Shown here: positions 1 to 11,610 of the stretch, one piece after another
Numbering within the stretch: position 1 is the first letter of the stretch
Layout: every line of letters starts with the position of its first letter
Source: Mizuhopecten yessoensis
Taxonomy: Eukaryota
NCBI RefSeq assembly: GCF_002113885.1
Contig: NW_018404823.1
Span: forward strand, 4,756-68,755
Direction of reading: 5' to 3'
Length of the DNA stretch: 64,000 nucleotides
The notes under the pieces: model-generated
Seen by the model: the letters and a program-made list of their open reading frames with translations, nothing else
Told to the model about the DNA's origin: nothing
Database searches by the model: none
Program-made: the position numbers and the translations under genes

Positions 1-990
1 TAGAGTACTACCACTAGGGACAGTAGCACAAAACTTGCCTCCCCTAGAGTATGTATATATAACTACCACTAGGGACAGNNNNNNNNNNNNNNNNNNNNNN
101 NNNNNNNNNNNNNNNNNNNNNNNNNNNNNNNNNNNNNNNNNNNNNNNNNNNNNNNNNNNNNNNNNNNNNNNNNNNNNNNNNNNNNNNNNNNNNNNNNNNN
201 NNNNNNNNNNNNNNNNNNNNNNNNNNNNNNNNNNNNNNNNNNNNNNNNNNNNNNNNNNNNNNNNNNNNNNNNNNNNNNNNNNNNNNNNNNNNNNNNNNNN
301 NNNNNNNNNNNNNNNNNNNNNNNNNNNNNNNNNNNNNNNNNNNNNNNNNNNNNNNNNNNNNNNNNNNNNNNNNNNNNNNNNNNNNNNNNNNNNNNNNNNN
401 NNNNNNNNNNNNNNNNNNNNNNNNNNNNNNNNNNNNNNNNNNNNNNNNNNNNNNNNNNNNNNNNNNNNNNNNNNNNNNNNNNNNNNNNNNNNNNNNNNNN
501 NNNNNNNNNNNNNNNNNNNNNNNNNNNNNNNNNNNNNNNNNNNNNNNNNNNNNNNNNNNNNNNNNNNNNNNNNNNNNNNNNNNNNNNNNNNNNNNNNNNN
601 NNNNNNNNNNNNNNNNNNNNNNNNNNNNNNNNNNNNNNNNNNNNNNNNNNNNNNNNNNNNNNNNNNNNNNNNNNNNNNNNNNNNNNNNNNNNNNNNNNNN
701 NNNNNNNNNNNNNNNNNNNNNNNNNNNNNNNNNNNNNNNNNNNNNNAGACAGTAGCACGATCCTTGCCTCCCCTAGAGTGTATATATATAACTACCACAG
801 GGGACAGTAGCACGATCCTTGCCTCCCCTAGAGTATATATATATAACTACCACAGAGGACTGTAACACGATACTTTCCTCCCTTATAGTATATATCTACC
901 ACAGGGGACTGTTTCACGAGCTAGCAGGAGACTGTAGTACGAGTTGTGTCGCCTCTATAGTATATAGCTACCACAGGGGATTGTAGCAAG
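1..990. repeat. 55-bp minisatellite spanning an assembly gap
   Basis: Unit ACTACCACAGGGGACAGTAGCACGATCCTTGCCTCCCCTAGAGTATATATATATA recurs (791 and 846 are 55 bp apart). It occurs on both sides of the N run and decays after about 900. Confidence 0.9.
79..746. other. Assembly gap (N run)
   Basis: Continuous Ns flanked by the same minisatellite. Confidence 1.
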
Positions 991-1759
991 GAATTGTTTT
1001 CACATGACCTTGGACAGACGGACATACGGACGAAATGACGGACGATTTGGGATGTTAATGATCGTTTCTTTAGGATCTTACATATCTTCCAAATGCAGTC
1101 AAAAACGAAAGATGTAAAATGATAGAATACCAAAGAATGTCAAATACTTACTACAAAAGTATAAAAAACAAAGTATTTCTAACATAAATGAAATATCATC
1201 AGCGATATTTATATTTTTGATTTTTGAAAAGTTCCAGTGTCTTGGATAATATTATATTTTAGACACGACCCGAATGGTTTTTTTTTTATAAATAGTTCAG
1301 AGTTGGGACGACAAATGAATAATAGATGATCAATAGTTGTGTTCATGAGCCATTTTACATTACTTCCTTGTGAAAAAATGCAGAGTATGGTTATTTAATG
1401 TTCTTTTCATTAATACAGCTCTCTGAAATCTTATTGAATTACTATTTCGCTATTTCAATGAGCTATTTTTTCTCTCTCCATATTTTTCCATAATGTTGAC
1501 CATATTTTCCCGTTTCGGTACGGTACCCGACCATGATATTCAAGAATACAGCTCATTGTTTATTGCGTCTTACTCTTTTCTTTTTATCAGTGCATGTATA
1601 TTTGCATTGATATTTAACACAGAGAATTTCGCGAAACCAATTACAAAAAGAAATATCGATATAATATGTGTTACATGTCCCAACCAACAGAAAATAAATA
1701 TGTTGATAGAGGTAAATCAGGACTTATTATGAACAAACAAAATATTAATCACGGAAGAA

Positions 1760-1830
1760 CAGGAGGAAGACCAGGTATTCCGGAAGGGTAAGCGTCCCCT
1801 GCTTCCATCAACGACACCCGCCATGCAAAT
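1760..1830 (-). mobile_element. Solo 3'-terminal motif of a Penelope-like element family
   Basis: Minus strand reads ATGGCGGGTGTCGTTGATGGAAGCAGGGGACGCTTACCCTTCCGGAATACCTGGTC. A decayed version follows the Penelope-like RT at about 20210-20300, and another lies at 23326-23400. Confidence 0.6.
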
Positions 1831-3389
1831 CTAGGTCAAATCACAGGCATCTGCTTCTACAATGTGTACATGTAAATGAACTATATCTTCCCCGTTTTCG
1901 GGGCAGATACTATAGTCAAATCAAGTAATGTCACGTGAGATAAGCCAGAGTAATGAGAATTAAAAAAAAAACGTTGATATTCCTAATGCACAAAAAATAT
2001 TATAAGTTCCGAAAGCTTTAATCTTGAAAATTTGCTAAAACCTACATTATAAAAAAATCCCTTTGTTGTGGGAAAATAGGATTCTTTGTTTCTCTCCGAT
2101 TGATCGTGTTTCACAAGGAATTTTGCAATCTAAGTGCACTAGCATCGACTACCATTTACGTCGCAAATGCTGTATTGAAAGTAATAGTTTGTTTGACATG
2201 TAGATACCAAAATATCAATATGCGGGAAATAGAATTTCTAAAAAACACTGCATCACCATCCTTGAGCAAGGAGATGCACTTTAGTCCGTGAATTCCAAAA
2301 CAAAAGAAAAAGCGTTTGTTTCTTTTTAAGTAAAAAGGCATTGTGGGATAAGTATGAAACTACCAATATCTATGCCATGTTGCATGCTTGGACCAAAATG
2401 CGTTTTGTGTACAACCAGCGCATAAACATTGGAAATAGGCACAACAATTGATAAAACAATGAAATGGGTTAACTTTAATGATTAAAACAGATACTTTCCT
2501 TGAAGCTAGGAGACTTGAAATTACCAGAAAACCAATCTTCATATATTGAACTAATCATTTTACTGTAGTTGTGATGGCAAATACCATTTTGCATTAGTAA
2601 ACTTTGGTTAGTAAGAAATAAATCAGGACCTTGCACTTACTTCAGCCACAGGTGCTTAACCCATATTATATGATATATATGATATATACTATTAACAATT
2701 ACTATCATATACTGATAGCATATAAAGGGCGTCCTGCACCTTTTAATTCACTTAAGATAGAGAGGTACTTGAAGTTGCCAAGTTTGAGATGTGTCCAGAA
2801 GCCATAACATAGTCATAGTATAAAACGAACTGAAAGTGTGTAGTGAATGTGCATTTTATGTAAGTGTATTCAAATGAGTAAAGTTGTAACTTTCATTATT
2901 TTTATTAACAATCTGTACGTGACGACTGGATTTCTGCCATTTTTCATTCTTTTATATATGCCTGCTTAGTTTATGCATGCTTTCAAAAACAGAAATGGAA
3001 CTTTTTTTTGGTTTTTAAGCTCATTTTGAAAACTTTCGGTCAAACTTTTACCTTAGTTTTTGCGCATGTAATACAATAGGTCATCTTTGAACAAAGGCAA
3101 AATCCGAATATACCGCGGCCCAAAAAGGGGCCTTATAGGCACTCATCCTTTAGGGTTGTTTTATTTCTACCTTAAATTGGAGACACATTTTTAAATGTAA
3201 TGATTTATTCGCTGATGCAGACACATCTAGCTAGCAACAATGTCGATGTTTTTTAAAAAGGAAAGGCTGTATACGTTTAAACTGATATTCACTGCTCTGT
3301 TGTTGTTTTTTGTCTTTTTTTTTTTGTGACGTGGATTAGATATGTATTTGTTTTGTGTGTAATTGAGTACTATGAGTTTGAGTTGCAAG

Positions 3390-6300
3390 TGGCTGCCGCC
3401 ATACGATGACTTTATCCAAATGGTTGTTACGTTTGACATAGATCTCTGTTTTCCCCATTTGCCTTACTGTAAGAATAATACTTAAATCCGTCAGTCGATC
3501 AAACAAACGCTATTACTGCGATATTTATGATCGTTCTGAGAGCAACATTTGTTCTCAATCTATTGTCTGTTCTGATTTTTATGTTCTTTCTAGTCTCTTC
3601 TTTTAATGTTCTTGCTTCGTGTTTCAGTCAAACAAATTTTCACTATAGCTGGTCTTTACTTTTTGTTAGTTTGGAAGTCTTCGGTTTGCCGATTCGATTA
3701 TATAAAAAAAAATCCCATAGATAATGGGTAATGATATAATGTCGTAAAGAGTGGCCATCGGAGGCTTCTACACTAGAGTATATGGTAGATGTTGGATGCA
3801 ATCAGAATTTATCTTGTTTAGTGTTCATTTAGGTCACATTTTTAGTCAATTACTGTCTTCAGGGAACATAATTTCTAATAAAGTTTTAGGTGTAGTCAGG
3901 TTTCTGAACTCTAGTTTTCTCAACATTGAATTTATTATTATTTTAGTTCTTCTTTATTATCACATATGGACATTGAATCAAACCCAGGCCCACATGACTT
4001 ATCTCTTTTCCATCTGAATGTTGGAAGTGTTAGGAATAAAATTGAGGCCATTGAAGACATAGCATGCGAGTATGCCATTATTTGTCTCACCGAAACACAT
4101 CTAGACGAGCATGTTGCTTCTGAAATTTTACGTATTGACGGTTACCACGAACCATTTCGCTTAGATAGAACTTTCGCCGGGGGTGGAATTCTTGTTTATT
4201 TTAATGACATGTTAAAAGTCAAGCGTCTACGTGACCTTGAATATAGAGGAGACGAAGTCATTTGGACTCAAGTTGATTTCCCAGGGCAATGTTTAAATCT
4301 ATGTACCATTTATAGGCCCGAAAATTCTGTCCAGCCCTTTTGGAACAATTTACGTGAATCTAAAGACAGAGCTCTAGTTATTTCTTCCAATTTGATAGTC
4401 ACGGGTGTTCTTACCGTGGATTTGTTAACTATTTCATCTAGGCATGTGTTGTCTGATCTAATTAATACATACGGACTGATAAGTTTAATTAATGAACCTA
4501 CTCGTATCTGTCCTACGAGATCTAGTCTCCTGGACCCCATCTTCATATCTGAAACTTTGACTTATGTTGAAAGTAATGTTATTACAGTAGATGATTCGAT
4601 CAGTGATCATGAGGCATGTATTGCTCCAATCAAAATATTTTTTGCTATTAAAACAGCGTATAAGAGAAAAGTCTGGCTTTGGTAACTTTAATAATAAGAT
4701 TTTAGATTTCGATTGGGAAAATAATTTTGCAAACTGTGATACTGTCGACGAAGCCTGTTACCTTTTTACATTGAAATTTTCAGAATTTGCCGCAGAATTT
4801 ATACCTTCCAAAGAAGTGACAGTTTGGCCAAACGACAAACCCTGGATGTCATTTGAACTTAGAAAACAGATAAGGATTCGGGATAGATTGCACAAATTAT
4901 ATAGATTCCATGGAAACTCTTCTGATATTAACAAATTTAAGTCTCAGCGCAATAAAGTTAATAACATGAATAAACATGCTCGTCTAAAGTTCTATGAAAA
5001 TGTCCATTGTCTCATCAACCAATTTTCAACTTCCGATCCAAAATCTTACTGGAGACTTATTAAAAGACTTATAAAGTGTTCAGGCTCATCCCAGTCTGTT
5101 CCAACCCTTCAAGATCCTGTATCAAATGACATTTTTACAAATGACGAGGAGAAAGCAAATATGTTAAATGATTATTTTTGTTCCATTACTAAGTCTTGGT
5201 GATTCATCAGCAGATATTCCTATAGTTCAGAACAGGACTGACAAGATTTTAATCTCTATACGTACGAATTCTGAAGAAATATGTGACATTCTTCAAGTTT
5301 TGAAACTAGGTAAAGCCTCTGGTGTCGATGGTATTAGTATTCATATGTTTAAAGCAACTGCCGGTACTGTATGTTATCCGTTAATGATTATCTTTAACAT
5401 GTCTTTTTCTCGTGGTATATATCCACAAGCCTGGAAACTTGCGAAACTAATGCCTTTGTTCAAGAAGGGGAACAGACATCTTTCTTCAAATTACCGACCT
5501 ATACCTTTGTTATCTACTGTGGCGAAAGTTTTTGAAATGGTTGTTTTTAAACATATCCATAACTATTTTTTGGAAAACTCCTTCTTTTATCAACACCAGT
5601 CCGGTTTTATGCCGAATCATTCGACCTTATATCAACTCATTGAAATATATCACAATATCTGTCTAGCGTTAGAAGAAAAAAACCATGCCTGTTTAGTTTT
5701 CTGCGACATCTCTATTGCCTTTGATCGTATATGGCATAAAGGGCTCGTTATCAAATTAACGTCTTATGGAAAAACTGGCGAGCTATTGAATTGAATCTAC
5801 CTATCTAATAGGCAACAACACGTTTTTATATCGAATTCTCTTTCTCGTGCTGGTTTCATAAAAAGCAGGAGTTCCTCAATGTTCTATTTTAGGCCCATTA
5901 TTTCGCAGACGATACTTCTCTCTTACACATATCTTCTTCCTGTCAAGAAATAGAGACTGTCCTTAACGTAGACATTGATTCTTTAAGTAAATGGGCCAAA
6001 AAATGGTTAGTAGATTTCAATGCTAGCAAGACCAATATTTTATTTATCTCTAATGCGATAGAACTAAATGGAGATTTAGAATTACGTTTTAACGACCAAT
6101 TATTGAATTTTAGTGACCACACAGGCATTTGGGTGTAGTCTTCAATTCTGCAAGTAATTGGGGTATACTATTTTAGCTATTTATACCTCCGTTATGAAGA
6201 AAATAAATGTTCTGAGAAGTCTGAAACATATTCTTAAAAGAGAAACTTTGTTGAAAATATATAACTCTTTTATTTTGCCAATTTTTGATTACTGTTGTGA

Positions 6301-7284
6301 ATTATGGGACGGATGTACAATTAATGAAAGTGAGAGGTTAGAAAAATGTCAACGTGAAGCCGCACGTATCATTACTGGTCTTCCTTCCTATGCTAATAAT
6401 TATGCTCTCTATTTTGAATCGGGGTTAGAAAGACTCTCAGACAGGAGAAAAAGAAGGAAACTGCAGTTATTGTACAAAATGAAAAATGGTATCACCCCTG
6501 AATTCTTAAACAAAATTCTTCCCAATATTAATACAGTAAACAAAATTTCAGATATCCTTTAAGAAACAGTAATGACTTTGTAATACCAAATTTCAGACTT
6601 TCTAGTACAAATTCATCCTTCTTACTTTCTACGCTTCGCTCTTGGAACAATTTAGATACTGCTAAAAGATCATCGGTCACTTTAGGAATATTCAAAAAAG
6701 CCATCTCTCGAGAATTGGACGCCAAATCGCCCAGTTATTTTGGTTATGTGAACGAAAACTAAATATCATTCACACTAAATTAAGGTACAACTGCAGTTAC
6801 CTAAATTATGATTTATTTAGAGTCAACATCGTAGATAGTCCCGCCTGTGTCTGTGGATCCCCATGTGAAAACGCCTATCATTTCTTTTTTGAATGTCCAG
6901 TTTATACACACCAGAGGTTTGAATTGTTTCAAAATCTAAATTTTGTTAATGATATCTCCTTAGATATATTGTTATCTGGTATTCCGGATCTGTCTTCTCA
7001 ACAAAATAATGATATTTTTCGTAACGTGCAAACATTCATAAAGACCAGCGGTAGGTTTTAATTCGTAAGACGTTTATATTTCTACACTCAATTTGTGAGA
7101 CTGTTTAATGTTGTTCTTCCTCTTTTTTTCTGTTGTAATGCTACTATTATACATATCATTTGATACCCAGTTGTGCCATGTTTGTAAATCTGATGTATAT
7201 ATTTGAGGAAAGGGCGTAAATAATGTTATAATAGCTTGTGCCCAATCCTGTTGTCACTATTTTGGCAATAACATTTGTTTAAAC
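3390..7284 (+). mobile_element. Near full-length decayed non-LTR retrotransposon, CR1/L2 group (Crack-like), APE endonuclease plus RT
   Basis: APE motifs LFHLNVGSV, ICLTETHL, RLDR..GGGILVY, TIYRP, PTR..SLLDP, SDH (3966-4685). RT motifs KASGVDGI, PLFKKG, NYRPIPLLS, QSGF, FCDISIAFDRIWHKGL, GVPQ.SILGP, ADDT (5168-5920). C-terminal CVCGSPCENAYHFFFECP and SGRF-stop near 7060. The 3'UTR ends AATAACATTTGTTTAAAC. Multiple frameshifts and stops; the 5' boundary is approximate. Confidence 0.93.
3724..7061 (+). pseudogene. Disrupted LINE ORF2: leader, 2A-like peptide, APE, RT
   Basis: ATG at 3724 gives MGNDIMS*RVAIGGFY..., a hydrophobic leader, then a frameshift into LLSHMDIESNPGP (DIESNPGP at 3969-3992). 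ORF fragments follow at 3966-4685, 4591-5202, 5168-5794 and 6158-6562. Confidence 0.85.
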
Positions 7285-8145
7285 TTAGCGGCAATATGGT
7301 AAAACAAAATCACACTGATTTATCGAAATATCGTCCGTACCATTTTGTTCAATGTAAAGAAATGATGTCCTTGCGAACTGCATGAATTTTGGCGAAATAA
7401 AGGTTCGGAATGAAAACTTAACTGGATAAATTTAAAGTTAATGTCAATTTAACAATTTTTGCATTCGTTCCGTTTAACTAGTGTTCAATTAATACTAGTC
7501 ATCACCGTCATTATGTATGGCAAACACCAGCTAATCAAAACAGCGGATTTCAATCACGGAAAGCGCGGAATGTAATTAGCTCAGTGGTTACTACGGAGAC
7601 GAAATGTTCACCGACCGAAAACAGCTTAACTCTGAATGACGATAGCTTTCGTCAGGAGATCTTTGAAAAATGCAGCAACATGAGAAACAGATAAAAGTGA
7701 TTGATGGTTGGTAAGGTCGTATCCCATATAAAGTACAAGGTACAAAGCCTACGGAAGCCGTAGGTTCCAGTAGACATGCCAGGTAATAATTATGATGTGT
7801 ACTGAAGGTCTCTAAAAACCCAGAGCATTTTCTGAACCAGGTTCCAGACGAATATTACGATATTTTGATAAAAAATATCGATTTTTGTTGTTGTTGTAAA
7901 ATCCAAAATTTGTAAAATATGTAATTATATATACAAATTCAGCTAAACCAAAGAATAGAAATTATCATAATCTATCCCTCTTATCCTAATGATCACATCA
8001 AATCGGCGAACGTAGACGTGTAAGTTCCTTACAGCGTCAAGTTAATGAATCTCGCTATAGCCGTGTCAAGACAAGCGTACATATATATTATATTATATAC
8101 ATACATCGTACGTAAAGGTCCTGGTCAAAGCAAAGCCTCTGAACG

Positions 8146-8225
8146 ACCATGTATTATTGCCACCCATTTGTATATATGTATTCTCTACACTGTATTGTTT
8201 ATGAGAATAAAACAATTGTCATTGT
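8146..8225 (+). mobile_element. Short 3'-end retroposon fragment (LINE/SINE tail)
   Basis: Near-identical to the reverse complement of 11226-11314. Ends with AATAAA followed by a CAATTGTCATTGT tail. Confidence 0.8.
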
Positions 8226-8671
8226 ACAGGTAGAAGAATTTTAACCAAGAAAGGTAACATAATATCACATCTTACAAGATCTGACTAAGAAGCTAACATA
8301 TACATTTCTGATAACTTAATTACAAATAGAGAATACATCACAGACTCACCAGCTCGAGAAAAACACATTACAAATATACATTAAAGTGCATACTTACTTG
8401 CTCGGTGCGTGTCAGAGACGGGTTCACACATATGTAAGGCAGCTTCCCATAATCGTATATCCAGCATGACGCTTGAATTATACAGTTCGATCACCTTTGA
8501 CCCCGAGAGAGTCGCTGACATTCCTCCTGAGGTGCTGGCTATGAATAGGATGGAAGTGTTATAAGGGACAGCGAAATAGACAACTAAATCTCAACCCCAG
8601 GGGCCACCTAAGGGAGGCATTCCGTAATCTGTACGTTATAGGAAAATGTACCCGCAGAGTTTATGTAAAAC

Positions 8672-8714
8672 CAGAGAAACATAAAGCCAGTATAATGTAG
8701 TATATACGTCTCTG
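8672..8714. mobile_element. 43-bp mini-MITE with 7-bp TSD (P-element-like termini)
   Basis: CAGAGAAACATA...TATACGTCTCTG is an inverted repeat matching at 9 of 12 positions. It is flanked by a perfect GTAAAAC duplication (8665-8671, 8715-8721). Confidence 0.6.
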
Positions 8715-9159
8715 GTAAAACCATTTGATATGTACTAATCGCTCAGCACGTGTTAGTACACAAAATGAGTATGACCTAAAGCCGTGCTAAATCATCCCAT
8801 GTGTGCGATCATTGTAGCACGTGAGTTTGTTTTCCACTATCAAAATGCAGTTAACTTTTCGATTTAATGGCTATTAAATTATGACCCCAGAGTATCGGTA
8901 CAAACATGATATACCATAAGCTATGAAAACTAGTTTAAAGCCACATTATCTTTGTTTAAAGAAAAATTGTCAGAACGTCCTATCTTCAATAGACAAAAAT
9001 GTTTGAAAATTTAATTATAACTACATTTACTACCTCGCACTATTCCTAGCAGCCTGTATGCGCATGACAGAAAATTCCACGAGTCAAAAAATAAAGTTCT
9101 TGGTGCGCTGTACACGGTTGTAGTGAATTTCTAATATCTGGAAAACTGCAAACAAAAGA

Positions 9160-10050
9160 CCATACCTCATGTTTAGAAGGGTGAAAGGCATTCTCCTTTA
9201 ATTAATCGGCCTATTTTCTAGCTTTTGTCCAAAAGCCGGTAAAATACTTGAAAGGATTATTTCATGTACTTGCACAACAGTATTTTTTTAGTTCTGATTT
9301 TATCAATATCAGTCGGGTTTTATGTCTTGCCTTTCAACAGTGTGTTGATTGATTATGGTATCTCATAATATTAGTCTAGATCTAGAAGTTCATTTGTATG
9401 GTATTCGTGACATTTCTAAAGCGTTTGACAGTCTGGAATAAAGGCCTATTAGAAAAGTTAAAAGCATGTGTTATTTCAGGTGACTTTTTGTCCTGAATAA
9501 AACCTGTTTAAGTAACAGACAAAAAAAAAACCCCATTTCTAAATAACTCGTATTCTAATATTTGTACGATATGGGATGGAGTTCCCCAAGGTTCAATCAT
9601 TGCTCCATTCTGGGTTTTTAAAAAAAAGATATTGCAGCACCTCTATTTGCAATCTAATTAAAAACAGATCTCTCATTACACTACGTTATGTACTGAGAGA
9701 TCTGATTTTAATTAGATTGCTCTATTTGCTCACAGGGTCACGTTACAAATGTCTGAAATACACATATGCTACATGTATACTGATACGGGTCACAACACAC
9801 ATAAACATACGTGTTTGTTTATGTGTGTTGTGACCCGTATCAGCATAGCATATCTGTATTTCAGACATTTGTAACGTGACCCACGTATGTTTATGTGTGT
9901 TGTGACCCGTATCAGTATAGCATATTTGTATTTCAGACATTTGTAACGTGACCCTGTGATTTTGCTCATGACACATTTAAAAAAAATTCTTCTTCCTCTC
10001 TGACAAAACAAACAGTTTTGAATAGGGATTTTGAGTTATTACACAGATGG
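9160..10050 (+). mobile_element. Heavily decayed CR1/L2-group RT fragment
   Basis: Traceable relics of YQSGF, DISKAFD, KGLLEKLKA, LSNRQ, GVPQGS and LFA|DDT. Related to the element at 3390-7284 but far more degraded. Confidence 0.75.
9731..9958. mobile_element. Foldback MITE with duplicated right arm and imperfect 8-bp TSD
   Basis: TIR CACAGGGTCACGTTACAAATGTCTGAAATA with its reverse complement at the end. One left arm (9731-9810) faces two tandem inverted arms (about 9811-9882 and 9883-9958). Flanks are TATTTGCT and ATTTTGCT. Confidence 0.85.
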
Positions 10051-10380
10051 GCGTGTCACATGTACCTTCAATGCGAGCAAACCCGGAGTATGATTTGCGT
10101 ATAATCGGCACACTCGGGTTTGATATTTCTCGGTAAAAACTATCCATGTTGAACTAAACAAGACAAATAAAAACAATGTCCTCGTACATTTCATACTATT
10201 ATTATAAGCAATAAAATTGTGTGTCGAAAACTAGAAAAGTTAATTTAAATACAAGTGTTTGTCCCTTAAACATATTGTATACCGAAACTCCGCATCTATC
10301 CGTACTTTTTTTTATTGAATATGAACGAGCGACAACCTGCATTAACAGCTACTCGAATGTTTGATAAGATGTTCGTGCAT

Positions 10381-11556
10381 CTGTATCTGTATCTGTCAGG
10401 TTCCGGATAAAATTCATGAATTGAATATCACATCCGGGGAGGAGGAGTGGAGTAGAAGTTACTTTTTGAGGCTACTACGGAATTGGTCGACCGTAGTTGC
10501 ACTGATGAGGATTCTTTTAGAGCGTTCTAATCGGTTAGTGTACGTGGGAAGAAGGATTGTCTAGTTTTCAGTGTTGCACGATACCTGTTGTAGTTTCGGA
10601 CTGTTGTTTCGTCGTGTGTTGGTACGGCTGGCTGTGATGTAGTCGTCAGCGGGTGTGGCTACTAAGCCCATTGATGATCTGAAACAACAGTACTAGTCTG
10701 TGGTCACGACGTCTGTCTTTCAGTGGTTCGAGTTCTAGTCTGTTTAGCATGGTTGTTACACTGCTCTCTCTTTGGTAATCTGACAGAATGAATCTTGCTG
10801 CACGCCTTTGGACTTTCTCTATGGTATATATGCCCTTGTCCGTGTAAGGGTCCCAGATGGTGGAACTATACTCCAATACAGATCGAATTAGGGACTTGAA
10901 CGCACACAATTTCAGATCCGTCGAACATTTCTTCAGATTTCTCCGAAGGAATCCAAGTGTGGAGTTGGCACGGTTGGAAAGTTTGGTGATTTGTGATGAT
11001 CATTTCATGGTGTTGCTGAAGATGATGCCGAGGTATGGGTTGTCAGTTACCTCTTCTAGTACGGTATCACCGAGAGTGTAGCGAAAGGCTGATGGAGATT
11101 TAGAGGGATGGATCCTCATGATGTAACATTTGCTGGTGTTAAAGGACATGTCCCACGCAGATGCCCATCGTTCTAATGATTTTAAATCTTCTTGAAAGTC
11201 TAAGTGATCCTGGACAGTTCTTATCAATGACAATGACAATTGTTTTATTCTCATAAACAATACAGTGTAGAGTATACATATATACAAATGGGTGACAATA
11301 ACACATGGTGGAACTATCGTCCTATAAAGGAGACAGTCGTCTGCAAATAACCTGACGGTGGATTTCACTGCTAGTGGAAGGTCATTGATGTGGCAGAGGA
11401 AGAGGAGTGGTCCGAGTTCTGTCCCTTGGGGGACTCCGGACTCAACTTGCGCTGACGCTGTATGTTCACCCTCCACTAGTACCCGTTGGGTTCTGTCCTG
11501 CAGGAATGATGAAATCCAGCGAATGATGTCGGGATGAACGCCGTAGTGGTCAAGTA
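10381..11556 (-). mobile_element. 5'-truncated LINE (RTE-X/CR1-like RT C-terminal half)
   Basis: Motifs SGVPQGTELGPLLF, INDLP, VRLFADDCLLYR, WDMSFNTSKC, YLGI, RSVLEYSSTIWDP, IEKVQRRAARF. Tail is (GATACA)n at 10381-10394. 6-bp TSD GTGCAT at 10375-10380 and 11557-11562. Confidence 0.92.
11226..11314 (-). mobile_element. 89-bp retroposon tail nested in the LINE
   Basis: Matches 8146-8225. Flanked by TATC (11222-11225, 11315-11318). Interrupts LLYRT|IRTVQD. Confidence 0.85.
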
Positions 11557-11610
11557 GTGCATGTTTCAGATTGAAATGGTTCGTTGTGACAGGCCCGGTT
11601 TGGCCAGGTG

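Noticed and set aside
35-865. Long ORFs in the supplied track (also 23381-23728)
   Set aside because: They run through N gaps and simple repeats, so they are artefacts.
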